A stretch of DNA of 64,000 nucleotides from Candidatus Nomurabacteria bacterium (lineage in GTDB: Bacteria > Patescibacteriota > Minisyncoccia > Phycocordibacterales > UBA918), in the NCBI GenBank assembly GCA_020631995.1, contig JACKGJ010000001.1:225753-289752 (forward strand), in the 5' to 3' direction. The position numbers and the translations under genes are program-made. Of the stretch, positions 7,162 to 16,030 are shown piece after piece. Under the pieces are notes generated by a model. The model made no database searches. It was not told where the DNA came from and worked only from the letters and a program-made list of their open reading frames with translations. Every line of letters starts with the position of its first letter. Position 1 is the first letter of the stretch.

Positions 7162-7401
7162 TCAAACTTGATGCAACGGAAATTTCGAGTAGTTCTCGAT
7201 GCGTCCGCCGACCACTTTGCCGGTTTGGTTACTCCGAAACACCACGAAACAACTTCCAGGAACTTGCTCTTCGGTGATGGAGCAGTCTTCTTCGTAGAAA
7301 GAAAACGTGTCAGCTTGTGTATCATCCACAACACAAGGCTCAAATGTTCCCATTCGAATTCGAATTTTCTCAGGTACATTAGTAGTAGCTCGCTCGGTCA
7401 T
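7162..7401 (-). CDS. Small hypothetical protein (79 aa)
   Basis: Of three overlapping track ORFs, this frame has AAAGGAG 7 nt upstream of ATG (MTERATT) and a TTGGAA-N17-TATGAT promoter upstream. Confidence 0.5.
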   Translation of the reverse strand: MTERATTNVPEKIRIRMGTFEPCVVDDTQADTFSFYEEDCSITEEQVPGSCFVVFRSNQTGKVVGGRIENYSKFPLHQV

Positions 7402-7443
7402 TTGGACTCCTTTCTGTTCCAGGTGAATCATAGCTGTTTATCA

Positions 7444-7590
7444 AAAAAATTCCAATTTCGTCACCACAAGAATACTTCCATTTTCATAGTCGTTCTCACT
7501 CCTTGAAAATTAGGTCGCAGCACAAGACTACTTCCATTTTTCTAACTCGCTTTGCTCCTAAGAAAAATTGGTCGCCCAGACGGCTATAGT
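7444..7590. repeat. About 2.5 imperfect tandem repeats of ~57 bp
   Basis: Units start near 7444, 7504 and 7561. They share the core GTC.C.CACAAGA.TACTTCCATTTT and the end CTCCT. They lie in the divergent region between 7401(-) and 7646(+). Confidence 0.75.
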
Positions 7591-7645
7591 TTTGATATAG
7601 TTACGCTTATGGAAAAGGCAATCACGCAATTGGATCTATATATAT

Positions 7646-7882
7646 ATGACACCACAGAAAAATAACCCCTTGCATGGAGTGACGTTAAAAACCATTATCG
7701 AAGAGTTGGTCACAAAGTATGGCTGGGAAGAACTGGGACAGAAAATAAAAATTAAATCTTTTACTGAAAGTCCGAGCGTGAGCTCAAGTCTTACTTTCCT
7801 GCGCAAAACGCCTTGGGCACGAGAGAAGGTTGAGCAGTACTATATACGGACTTTCTTCAAGCGCGATGGAACACGAAAGTAG
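7646..7882 (+). CDS. DUF2132 (VF530-like) small protein
   Basis: NPLHGVTLKTIIEELVTKYGWEELGQKIKIKSFTESPSVSSSLTFLRKTPWAREKVEQYY matches my memory of the DUF2132 signature. Confidence 0.7.
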   Translation: MTPQKNNPLHGVTLKTIIEELVTKYGWEELGQKIKIKSFTESPSVSSSLTFLRKTPWAREKVEQYYIRTFFKRDGTRK

Positions 7883-7948
7883 GAAAGTGAACTGCATACT
7901 CTTCAATACCTACTTATTCTATGTGTCTTGCTGGTAGCATATATTGCA

Positions 7949-7973
7949 CAGTATACCCCTTGGGGGTATACTG
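7949..7973. promoter_or_regulatory. CsoR-type operator (perfect 25-bp palindrome)
   Basis: CAGTATACCCC-TTG-GGGGTATACTG lies 8 nt upstream of the csoR ATG. It has the GC-tract inverted-repeat architecture typical of CsoR operators. Confidence 0.75.
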
Positions 7974-7980
7974 TTTTAGT

Positions 7981-8250
7981 ATGAAAGCAGAGATTAAGAA
8001 AAGTATCACAAACCGTCTCCGACGTATCGAGGGGCAAGTTCGTGGTCTTCAAAAAATGGTTGGTGACGAACAATATTGTGTTGACATTATCACTCAGTCG
8101 TCTGCAGTGCGGAGTGCACTCTCAGCCGTTGAAGATTTAATGCTTGAAAATCATTTGACAGAACATGTCATACACCAGATGAAGCAGGGGCAGGAAGTTA
8201 AGGCTATTGGTGAGATCATTAGTATTTTTAAAAAAGCTAAAAAGAAATAA
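7981..8250 (+). CDS. csoR: CsoR/RcnR-family metal-sensing repressor
   Basis: RLRRIEGQVRGLQKMVGDEQYCVDIITQSSAVRSALSAV...H shows the W-X-Y-Z Cys/His pattern. Start ATG at 7981 (MKAEIKK); the track start at 7921 would read through the operator. Confidence 0.85.
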   Translation: MKAEIKKSITNRLRRIEGQVRGLQKMVGDEQYCVDIITQSSAVRSALSAVEDLMLENHLTEHVIHQMKQGQEVKAIGEIISIFKKAKKK

Positions 8251-8255
8251 ATAAT

Positions 8256-8678
8256 ATGGAAAACAAAAATCAAACAATCATTATCGGTCTCCTTGCACTT
8301 ATTGTAGGTCTGCTCTTTGGGTACTTCTTCGGGACAAACACTATGTCACCACGAAATTTCTCTAACGGTGAGTCGATGTATGAAGAAATGGAAGAACATA
8401 TGTATGACAACGAAATCATTAACAATGACGGGGCAATGCAACACGCCATGGACGAAATGATGCTTGGTTTCCGAGGACTAGAGGGTGAGGCGTACGAGGA
8501 AATGTTCTTACGCGGAATGATTGTTCATCACCTTGGTGCAATAAGTATGGCAGAGGAGCTACTAGAACAAACCGATCGTCCAGAGCTTATCGAACTCGCC
8601 AATAATATTATTAACAGCCAAAAGGGTGAGGTGGAAATGATGAAAGGGTGGATGGGAACTTGGTTTAATAAAAATTAG
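8256..8678 (+). CDS. DUF305 family membrane-anchored protein
   Basis: N-terminal TM segment, then MIVHHLGAISMAE...ELANNIINSQKGEVEMMKGWM. Confidence 0.75.
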   Translation: MENKNQTIIIGLLALIVGLLFGYFFGTNTMSPRNFSNGESMYEEMEEHMYDNEIINNDGAMQHAMDEMMLGFRGLEGEAYEEMFLRGMIVHHLGAISMAEELLEQTDRPELIELANNIINSQKGEVEMMKGWMGTWFNKN

Positions 8679-8683
8679 TTTGT

Positions 8684-9160
8684 ATGAAAAATAATCTTTT
8701 CATTGGAGTTTTGGTTGTTGCGGTACTGGGTATTGTTGGCACTATGGCGATGCAGTTGTCCCCTCAAACTAATTCCACCTCTGAAGTATTAGCTACCGCA
8801 ACACTTTATAAATCACCAAGTTGTGGCTGTTGCGGACAGTATACAGCTTACTTAAGAGAGGAGAACTACGGTGTCGAAGTGAAGGATACCGAAGATATGA
8901 TAGACATCAAAGAACAATACGGCGTGCCTTACGAACTCGAAAGTTGCCACACCATGGTAGTCGAAGGATATGTAGTTGAAGGACATATTCCTAAAGAAGC
9001 AGTTCAAAAACTACTTACTGAAAGACCAGATATAAAAGGAATTGGTATGGCGGGTATGCCATCAGGTTCTCCGGGTATGCCTGGTCCAAAAAACTCAGAC
9101 TTCGTTATCTACGAAATCACCCATGAGGGGCAGAAGGGTAATGTATTTATGACAATCTAA
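8684..9160 (+). CDS. DUF411 (CopG-like) metal-binding protein
   Basis: N-terminal TM segment, SCGCCGQY, SCHTMVVEGYVVEGHIP and GMPSGSPGMPG. Confidence 0.75.
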   Translation: MKNNLFIGVLVVAVLGIVGTMAMQLSPQTNSTSEVLATATLYKSPSCGCCGQYTAYLREENYGVEVKDTEDMIDIKEQYGVPYELESCHTMVVEGYVVEGHIPKEAVQKLLTERPDIKGIGMAGMPSGSPGMPGPKNSDFVIYEITHEGQKGNVFMTI

Positions 9161-9162
9161 CT

Positions 9163-11151
9163 ATGGAGCATAACCACCACAATCACACTAACCACGTAGC
9201 TCATGGCATGAGCCATGGTTCAGCGTCCGAATATCTCAGACGTTTTTGGATTGTTACCTTCTTACTCATTCCACTTGTTTTCACAAACGAAATGGTAACC
9301 GAGTCACTTGGTATTGGTAGGTTGCCGTACGCCCAGGTTATTGGATTTGGTATTGCCACAATCATCTTTGGTTTTTCACTCGTATTCTTCCAGCATGCGT
9401 GGCATGAAATAAAGTCCCACAAATACGGCATGATGACACTCGTCTCACTTGCAGTAGGGAGTGGGTATCTATTTTCAGTTGCTTCTACATTCATACCTGC
9501 ACTTCTGGTCGAGTTCTATCTAGAAATTTCTACCCTTATCTGGGTACTTTTGTTCGGACATTATCTGGAAGCCAAATCAAGTGGAGCGGCCGGAGATGCT
9601 TTGTCGGAAGTGGCCAAACTGCTTCCGAAGAAGGCACACAGACTGACGGATGGGAAAGAAGTCGATGTAGACATCGAGAATCTACGAGAAGGCGATGTAG
9701 CCGTGGTAAAACCTGGAGAGAAAATTCCAGCAGACGGTGTAATCACAAAAGGTTCTGCAAATGTTAATGAGTCACATATCAGTGGCGAGTCAAAACCGGT
9801 GGAGAAAAAAGAAGGCATGAGTGTGATCGCGGGAGCAATTTGTCTTGACGGATCACTCACCATCAAACTCTCTCGAGTTGGTGAACATTCAACTGTAGGA
9901 CAAATACAAAAGCTTATTGAACAAGCAGGAAAAACCAAACCACGCTCACAGAAGATTGCAGACAAAGCATCTGCCGTACTCACTTTTGTTGCGGCGATTA
10001 CTGCGCTTGGCACACTCCTTGTTTGGACACTCGTCATCGGAGAACCTTTTGTATTTGCTATAACTCTCGCTATCACAGTACTTGTCATTGCTTGTCCACA
10101 CGCACTAGGTCTCGCTATTCCGACAGTCACCACCATCACTACCTCACTAGCCGTAAAGAATGGGTTCTTTATAAAAGACCTTTCTAAAATAGAAACAATA
10201 CGTAAAGCGGACTATGTAGTCTTCGACAAAACTGGCACACTAACCCTTGGAGAATTTGGTGTAACTGAGATAGTTAGTGTAGATGAACCTGATAAAGATA
10301 AAATACTTTCCATTACCGCATCGCTCGAACAACACTCCTCACACATCATTGGCCAGTCGATATTAAAGTACGCTCGTGAGCAACAAAGCACTTTGTCTGA
10401 AATAAATAATTTTCAAAATATTGCAGGGCAGGGTATACGAGCTGAAATTGATGGTAGAGAATATTTTGTTGGCAACGAGCGTTTGCTAAAAGAAGTTGAC
10501 TTGAAATTTGAAGCACCTAAAAATATCGCCGGAACTATTGTATTTGTTGCTGATAGAGAAATGGTCCTAGGTTACATTGTCCTATCTGATGAAATCAAAC
10601 AATCTTCGTATGACGCGGTAAAAGAGCTGCACCTAATGAACATAAAAGTTGCCATACTTACAGGTGACAATGAGCGAGTTGCTAAGTCAGTGTCGGATGA
10701 ACTTGGCATTGATGACTATTTTGCCAACGTCTTACCAGAAGATAAATACTCCCGCATAAAAGAGTTACAACAACAAGGTAACGTAGTGATAATGGTTGGA
10801 GACGGTGTGAATGATGCCCCAGCCCTCACGCAAGCAGACGCGGGAATTGCTATTGGAGCAGGGACTGACGTAGCAGTTGAGTCGGGAGATGTAATCCTGA
10901 CACAGAATAATCCTCAAGATATTGTTCGTCTGATAAAACTATCGAAAAAGGTCTACACAAAAATGATTCAAAATCTTGTCTGGGCGCTTGGGTATAACAT
11001 TGTCGCTATTCCGGCAGCGGCTGGTGTGTTCGCTCATACGTTTTTCTTCGGGGGATTCTTTCTGCGGCCAGAGATTGGTGCACTCATAATGAGTCTATCA
11101 ACCGTGATCGTGGTTATTAATGCTATGACTTTGAAACGAGTCAAGCTGTAG
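9163..11151 (+). CDS. copB: P1B-type copper-translocating ATPase, CopB-like
   Basis: His-rich N-terminus MEHNHHNHTNHVAHGMSHG, CPH motif (IACPHALGLAIP), DKTGTLT, TGDN, GDGVNDAPAL. Antisense track ORFs within it are ignored. Confidence 0.9.
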   Translation: MEHNHHNHTNHVAHGMSHGSASEYLRRFWIVTFLLIPLVFTNEMVTESLGIGRLPYAQVIGFGIATIIFGFSLVFFQHAWHEIKSHKYGMMTLVSLAVGSGYLFSVASTFIPALLVEFYLEISTLIWVLLFGHYLEAKSSGAAGDALSEVAKLLPKKAHRLTDGKEVDVDIENLREGDVAVVKPGEKIPADGVITKGSANVNESHISGESKPVEKKEGMSVIAGAICLDGSLTIKLSRVGEHSTVGQIQKLIEQAGKTKPRSQKIADKASAVLTFVAAITALGTLLVWTLVIGEPFVFAITLAITVLVIACPHALGLAIPTVTTITTSLAVKNGFFIKDLSKIETIRKADYVVFDKTGTLTLGEFGVTEIVSVDEPDKDKILSITASLEQHSSHIIGQSILKYAREQQSTLSEINNFQNIAGQGIRAEIDGREYFVGNERLLKEVDLKFEAPKNIAGTIVFVADREMVLGYIVLSDEIKQSSYDAVKELHLMNIKVAILTGDNERVAKSVSDELGIDDYFANVLPEDKYSRIKELQQQGNVVIMVGDGVNDAPALTQADAGIAIGAGTDVAVESGDVILTQNNPQDIVRLIKLSKKVYTKMIQNLVWALGYNIVAIPAAAGVFAHTFFFGGFFLRPEIGALIMSLSTVIVVINAMTLKRVKL

Positions 11152-11242
11152 ACCACTCCTACATCATTAAAAAAGGAACTGATCGTCACCAGCATTATTT
11201 TAAATGTTGCTTAAGCAGACATCTATAGTATTGTAGGACGCT

Positions 11243-12727
11243 ATGTCTCGAAGCGACGGACTCATCACTTTTAATAATGTGTCGTATGAGTACGACCCGA
11301 CTAAACCGATATTAATCGGTGCGAGTTTTTCTATTCGTCGCGGAGCGAAGCTTACCTTGATGGGACAAAACGGAGCAGGGAAGAGTACACTCTTCAATCT
11401 CATTACTGGTTCAATCAAACCTGACGACGGTGCGATAAATATTTTGCCGCGCACTAGCATCGCTATCTCAAAGCAGGTGATTCCACGCAGTGACCTCACT
11501 CTCACGGTGCGAGATTTTTTTAGAAAACAATTTTCAGAAACCGTTTACGATATCGACCCTAAGATTGACGACATACTTGAAGTTGTAAATTTGGCTCAAC
11601 CAACAGCCGAAGCTAGTGAAACTTTCAAAGACCGAATCATCAGTAGCTTCTCCGGTGGTCAACAAGCGAGACTACTTTTAGCTTCAGCACTTATCCAAAC
11701 ACCAGACGTACTACTACTCGATGAGCCGACCAACAACCTTGACCGTGAAGGAATCGAGCACCTGACAGAATTTTTGAAGGAGTATAAAAAAACTGTAGTG
11801 GTGATTTCTCACGACGCTGATTTCTTGAATGCTTTCACACACGGCGTTCTCTATCTGAATACACAGACAAGAACTGTGGAACAGTATGATGGTAACTATC
11901 ACGACGTAGTGGAAGAGATTGTGGCCCGAGTAGAGAAGGAGAAGCGAAAGAACGCACAACTTGAAAAGGAGATTCGTCTCAATAAAGAGAAGGCAAACTT
12001 CTTTGCCAACAAGGGTGGAAAGATGCGTATGGTTGCGAAACGTATGCGTGAGGAAGTGGAGGAACACGAAGAAAATAAAGTGGAGGTGCGTAAAGAAGAC
12101 CGTACCATCCGCCCGTTTAATATCCCTGCCCAAAGTGGCGTCCCACTTGAAGTACTCAAACTAACTTCATACAAAGTTATTAAAAATCATAAGCTGAAGG
12201 ATATTGAATGTGACATTACCCTTAAGAGAGGGGATCATATGCAAATTGTCGGACCAAATGGTATCGGAAAAACTACTCTTCTAGAATCACTTGCGTCAGG
12301 GCATGCTGATGGTGAGAAAGTTTCACCCGGCGTCACTATTGGCTATTATCGACAAGACTTTTCAAACCTCGACTTTGAGCAGTCAGTGCTAGACTGCCTA
12401 CTCTCAGTAATGGGGAAGAAGGTGGAAGAGACAGCAAGGGCGACAGCGGCCGGATTTCTCTTAACTGGTGACCTGGTGAAAGCTAAGATTGGGAACCTTT
12501 CGGAAGGTCAAAAGGGCCTAGTGGCTTTTGCTCGCTTGAAGCTTATGGAGCCAGGCCTCTTGATTCTCGATGAGCCTACCAACCATATCAACTTCCGACA
12601 TATCCCTGTGATTGCGAAGGCACTGGACGAGTTTCCGGGTGCAATGATACTTGTTTCGCACGTACCCGAGTTCGTGTCACAAGTGAGAATCGACCATATT
12701 CTGGACCTAAATAAGAAGCTTAAGTAA
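11243..12727 (+). CDS. ABC-F family ATPase (two ABC domains, no TM)
   Basis: GQNGAGKSTL and GPNGIGKTTL Walker A motifs, SGGQQARL and SEGQKGL signatures, LLLDEPTN and LILDEPTN, and a charged linker EKEKRKNAQLEKE. Confidence 0.85.
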   Translation: MSRSDGLITFNNVSYEYDPTKPILIGASFSIRRGAKLTLMGQNGAGKSTLFNLITGSIKPDDGAINILPRTSIAISKQVIPRSDLTLTVRDFFRKQFSETVYDIDPKIDDILEVVNLAQPTAEASETFKDRIISSFSGGQQARLLLASALIQTPDVLLLDEPTNNLDREGIEHLTEFLKEYKKTVVVISHDADFLNAFTHGVLYLNTQTRTVEQYDGNYHDVVEEIVARVEKEKRKNAQLEKEIRLNKEKANFFANKGGKMRMVAKRMREEVEEHEENKVEVRKEDRTIRPFNIPAQSGVPLEVLKLTSYKVIKNHKLKDIECDITLKRGDHMQIVGPNGIGKTTLLESLASGHADGEKVSPGVTIGYYRQDFSNLDFEQSVLDCLLSVMGKKVEETARATAAGFLLTGDLVKAKIGNLSEGQKGLVAFARLKLMEPGLLILDEPTNHINFRHIPVIAKALDEFPGAMILVSHVPEFVSQVRIDHILDLNKKLK

Positions 12728-12843
12728 CTGTCCAAGTAGGGGTCTGCTATAATTTAGTCGTTACCCACCAGATAATAAACGACCAATGGTAATTTAATTT
12801 AAATAAAGAAGGGAGGAGAATTTATTCACTAAGACCAAACAAT

Positions 12844-12912
12844 ATGGGAGAAAGAGTCGCTCACAAAAAAGAAAAGAAGAAACCAAAGAAGGACAAGACT
12901 GGTAGTAACTAA
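12844..12912 (+). CDS. Possible 22-aa lysine-rich micro-ORF
   Basis: [22 protein letters not shown]. It lies downstream of a TATAAT (12757-12762) and is followed by the hairpin AAAAAGTGGGCGA-gaaa-TCGCTCACTTTTT. There is no clear SD at the right distance. Confidence 0.25.
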   Translation: MGERVAHKKEKKKPKKDKTGSN

Positions 12913-12980
12913 TTAGAAAAAGTGGGCGAGAAATCGCTCACTTTTTCTTTTCAGAGTCCAGATTTGCTATAATTGAATTA

Positions 12981-14087
12981 ATGAAAACTTTTTTCTTAAT
13001 CGTAGCAATTTTAGCAATAATAGGTTGGGTCGCAGCTTACTTATTTCTTAATGAAAGTGCTGTAAATATTGAGGAAATAAACAAAGCAACACCGGAAGTT
13101 ACCAAGACAGCACTTTTAGCCGGAGGTTGCTTCTGGTGCGTTGAGGCAGACCTCGAAAAACTACCTGGAGTAGTTGAGGCAGTCTCAGGTTATGCAGGTG
13201 GGGCAACTGAAAATCCAACCTACAAAAACTATGCGAGTGGTGGACACCGGGAAGTAGTGGAAGTAACTTATGATCCAACTATCGTCACATACGAACAACT
13301 AGTTGAATACGTTATCAAGCACAGTGATCCAACTGATGCTAATGGTTCCTTTGTAGATCGCGGTAAAGAGTATGCGCCGGCTGTGTACTTTGCCGACGAG
13401 ACTGAAGAGCAAGTAGCAAAAGCGGTGATCAACAAGATAGACGCGAAGGGAGTGTACGAAAAACCATTAACTGTAGCGGTGCTACAAAGACCAACAGCTT
13501 TTTATCCAGCTGAGGAATATCATCAGGATTATTATAAAAACAATCCAGTTAGATACCGCTACTACCGCAACGGTTCAGGTCGTGACGATTTTATTGCCAA
13601 ACATTGGGGTAACAACGTGTGGCCAGAAGGAGACAGTCCTTGGAAAAACTTTCAAAAACCATCTGACGAAATACTGAAACAAACACTGACTGACATCCAA
13701 TATAAAGTGACACAAAAGAATGGAACTGAAACGGCTTTCGAAAATGAATACAACGACAATAAGGAAACGGGAATATATGTTGACATCGTGTCCGGCGAAC
13801 CACTGTTCTCATCACTCGATAAGTATGACTCCGGAACCGGCTGGCCATCATTTACTAAACCAATTGATACAGAACATATTGTCACAAAAGATGACTGGGG
13901 TTTGTTTGGTAAGCGCACCGAGGTACGTTCTCGCTACGCTGACTCACATCTGGGTCATGTGTTTCCTGATGGGCCCGCAGACAAAGGTGGTTTACGCTAC
14001 TGTATGAACTCTGCAGCTTTGCGCTTCATACCAATAGATAAACTAGCCGAAGAAGGATACAGCCAGTACGTTAGTTTGTTTGAATAG
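12981..14087 (+). CDS. msrAB: Membrane-anchored bifunctional methionine sulfoxide reductase MsrA-MsrB
   Basis: N-terminal TM segment. MsrA motif GGCFWCVE...GYAGG. MsrB motifs GTGWPSF and [15 protein letters not shown] (12968-12973) lies 7 nt before the ATG. Confidence 0.9.
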   Translation: MKTFFLIVAILAIIGWVAAYLFLNESAVNIEEINKATPEVTKTALLAGGCFWCVEADLEKLPGVVEAVSGYAGGATENPTYKNYASGGHREVVEVTYDPTIVTYEQLVEYVIKHSDPTDANGSFVDRGKEYAPAVYFADETEEQVAKAVINKIDAKGVYEKPLTVAVLQRPTAFYPAEEYHQDYYKNNPVRYRYYRNGSGRDDFIAKHWGNNVWPEGDSPWKNFQKPSDEILKQTLTDIQYKVTQKNGTETAFENEYNDNKETGIYVDIVSGEPLFSSLDKYDSGTGWPSFTKPIDTEHIVTKDDWGLFGKRTEVRSRYADSHLGHVFPDGPADKGGLRYCMNSAALRFIPIDKLAEEGYSQYVSLFE

Positions 14088-14102
14088 TGACTATACATAT
14101 AT

Positions 14103-14468
14103 ATGATTAAAGACATTCTAAAAATCTCTTCGCTACCAGTTGTGATTGCATCTTTATGTTGCTTAACACCAGTCGTCATAGTTTTGGCTGGACTCGGCAC
14201 CGTTACTTTTGCCTCAACTTTAGCCGATACTTTATACGGTGACTATAAATGGATATTCCGCGCAGTGGGACTCTTGGCACTCTTAGCATCACTGATTGTG
14301 TACCTGCGTCGACAAAAAGGTATCTGTACTATTGACGAGGCAGTGAAGCGTCGCAATGAAATAATCAACCTGTCTATCATCACTATTGCTGTGGGAGTGG
14401 CAGGATACTTCTTCTTCCTGTATGTAGTGGTGCATTATCTGGGTGTTTTCTTAGATATTTGGGCTTAA
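14103..14468 (+). CDS. Small polytopic membrane protein with vicinal-Cys TM motif (MerT/MerF-like CCLTP)
   Basis: SSLPVVIASLCCLTPVVIVLAGLG plus two further hydrophobic helices. The function is not assignable from sequence alone. Confidence 0.45.
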   Translation: MIKDILKISSLPVVIASLCCLTPVVIVLAGLGTVTFASTLADTLYGDYKWIFRAVGLLALLASLIVYLRRQKGICTIDEAVKRRNEIINLSIITIAVGVAGYFFFLYVVVHYLGVFLDIWA

Positions 14469-14479
14469 CGTTACATGTA

Positions 14480-14635
14480 GCGACATTGCTATCTAGCGTG
14501 ACATTCTAGTAAGAACACCATTTTCGTCCGCAGGCGAAAATGGACCAGGTGTTCTTGCTAGCTAAGGAGTTGCCCACCGGCAACTCTTCTTTTAAAAGTT
14601 TGCTGGCGCAAACATTGCTAGTAATAAAAGTGGTA
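14480..14635 (+). repeat. Intergenic module copy E1 (double hairpin + conserved ACATTGCTAGTAAT end)
   Basis: GAACACC-[ATTTTCG..CGAAAAT]-GGACCAGGTGTTCTTGCTAGCTAAGGAGTTGCC-cacc-GGCAACTCTTCTTTTAAAAGTTTGCTGGCGCAAACATTGCTAGTAAT. Compare 16031-16183 and 24507-24651. Confidence 0.8.
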
Positions 14636-14645
14636 AAGTAGAGTC

Positions 14646-15158
14646 ATGGAATCGGACCGCCCTAAACATTCAAATGAGCTAAAAGTGACCTTTGAGTCGC
14701 TCTTTGCAGAATATTCCGATGTTATTTATCGGTTCTGCCTATATAAAACCAGTGACAAAAACATAGCTCACGATTTGACTCAAGATACTTTTATGCGTCT
14801 ATGGAAATCGATGAACACCGGGGCGGAAATAGAAAAACCAAAGCAATACATATATCAGATTGCTCGCAATTTAGTAATCGATTATTACAAAAAGGCTAAG
14901 GCTGTATCTTTAGACTCTTTGGAGGAGGACGGTTTTGAAGCTAGGGAAACATCCGCTGGTTCCGAAATGTTGTCTGAGCTTTTACTATTGCGTGATTCCA
15001 TAGACAAGCTTGAGCAAGATTACAGAGAAGTACTATATATGCGTTTTGTTGAAGATATGGGCGTAGAAGAAATCGCTGACACTTTGGGAGTTTCCCCAAA
15101 CTTGGTATCGGTAAGAATTAATCGTGGCAAGAAAAAGTTACGTGAATTGTTTACATAA
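14646..15158 (+). CDS. ECF-type RNA polymerase sigma factor
   Basis: Region 2 (DLTQDTFMRLWKSM...YIYQIARNLVIDYYKK) and region 4 (YREVLYMRFVEDMGVEEIADTLGVSPNLVSVRINRGKKKLRE). Confidence 0.9.
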   Translation: MESDRPKHSNELKVTFESLFAEYSDVIYRFCLYKTSDKNIAHDLTQDTFMRLWKSMNTGAEIEKPKQYIYQIARNLVIDYYKKAKAVSLDSLEEDGFEARETSAGSEMLSELLLLRDSIDKLEQDYREVLYMRFVEDMGVEEIADTLGVSPNLVSVRINRGKKKLRELFT

Positions 15159-15159
15159 T

Positions 15160-15966
15160 ATGAAAATCAAAGAAGAAGAATTTAATAAATCAGCTGAGAT
15201 CCTGAAAGGGGTAAGGTTAACTAAAGCTGAGAAATCAGCAATGATATCAAACATCTACCGGACAGAAATAGCACCGGAACCCTCTCCGATAGCGAGCCCG
15301 TTTATCTTTTCCTCTCTCTTTATGCGAGAGAAGGTAATGATAGCGTTAGCATCCCTCGTCTTAATCTTGACAGGTGGTGGCTATGCCGCTGCCGGTAGTT
15401 TGCCGGGCGACCCTCTCTATGGGATAAAGGTAAACGTACTTGAACCTCTCGCACTCCAACTCACCTTTGACGAGACTGCAAAAGATGAATATAAGATAGA
15501 GTTACTAAAAAGACGCGTGGCTGAATTGCAAGAACTAAGACTTAACGCAAATGTAAACATAGCGTCAGAAGAAGAAAGTTATCACGCAGCCGAAAAGAAT
15601 ATCACTGAACTTGAAGCCAGCGCGGTTTATAACAAAAATGGGGTAAATGTTGAAATAGAGACCAGTGTTAATACCTACAATAGTCTAATCAGTGAACCAT
15701 TCCAACTCGAGACTAAGATAATGAAAGGTAGATTGATGCCTGAAATGGAAGATGAAGATAAGGATGAAGAAGATAATGACGAGGAAAAGGAAGAAACAAG
15801 TTTACAAAAGAATACAGAACGTATTGAGGAAGTAGTAACTGAAGCTAAAAAATCTCTTGACAAGGTAGAAGAGAAAATAAAGGAAGTAGAAGGCACAATT
15901 GAAGGCGAAGCGAACGAAACCTTAAAAGAAACGACAAACCCACTCACTGAAAGTTTGAGTTTTTAA
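15160..15966 (+). CDS. Putative anti-sigma factor (single TM, DUF5667-like extracytoplasmic domain, acidic tail)
   Basis: The ATG lies 2 nt after the sigma stop. TM segment VMIALASLVLILTGGGYAAAG, then LPGDPLYGIKVNVLEPLAL..., then a Glu/Asp/Lys-rich C-terminus. Confidence 0.6.
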   Translation: MKIKEEEFNKSAEILKGVRLTKAEKSAMISNIYRTEIAPEPSPIASPFIFSSLFMREKVMIALASLVLILTGGGYAAAGSLPGDPLYGIKVNVLEPLALQLTFDETAKDEYKIELLKRRVAELQELRLNANVNIASEEESYHAAEKNITELEASAVYNKNGVNVEIETSVNTYNSLISEPFQLETKIMKGRLMPEMEDEDKDEEDNDEEKEETSLQKNTERIEEVVTEAKKSLDKVEEKIKEVEGTIEGEANETLKETTNPLTESLSF

Positions 15967-16030
15967 GTATATTTATAATTACCAGTAAAGTTACCTGCTT
16001 CGCAGGACCTGGTAACTTTGTTATCTAAAG

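Noticed and set aside
7444-7590. CRISPR array
   Set aside because: There are only 2.5 imperfect units that directly abut each other, with no repeat-spacer alternation. There are no cas genes in the window.
9201-10139. Antisense ORFs inside copB (97 aa and 192 aa). The same applies to other in-gene antisense ORFs in cca, the ABC-F gene, msrAB, pcrA, PBP1A, pilB and others.
   Set aside because: They are fully nested opposite strongly supported genes and have low-complexity Ser/Thr/Ala/Pro-rich products with no start signals.
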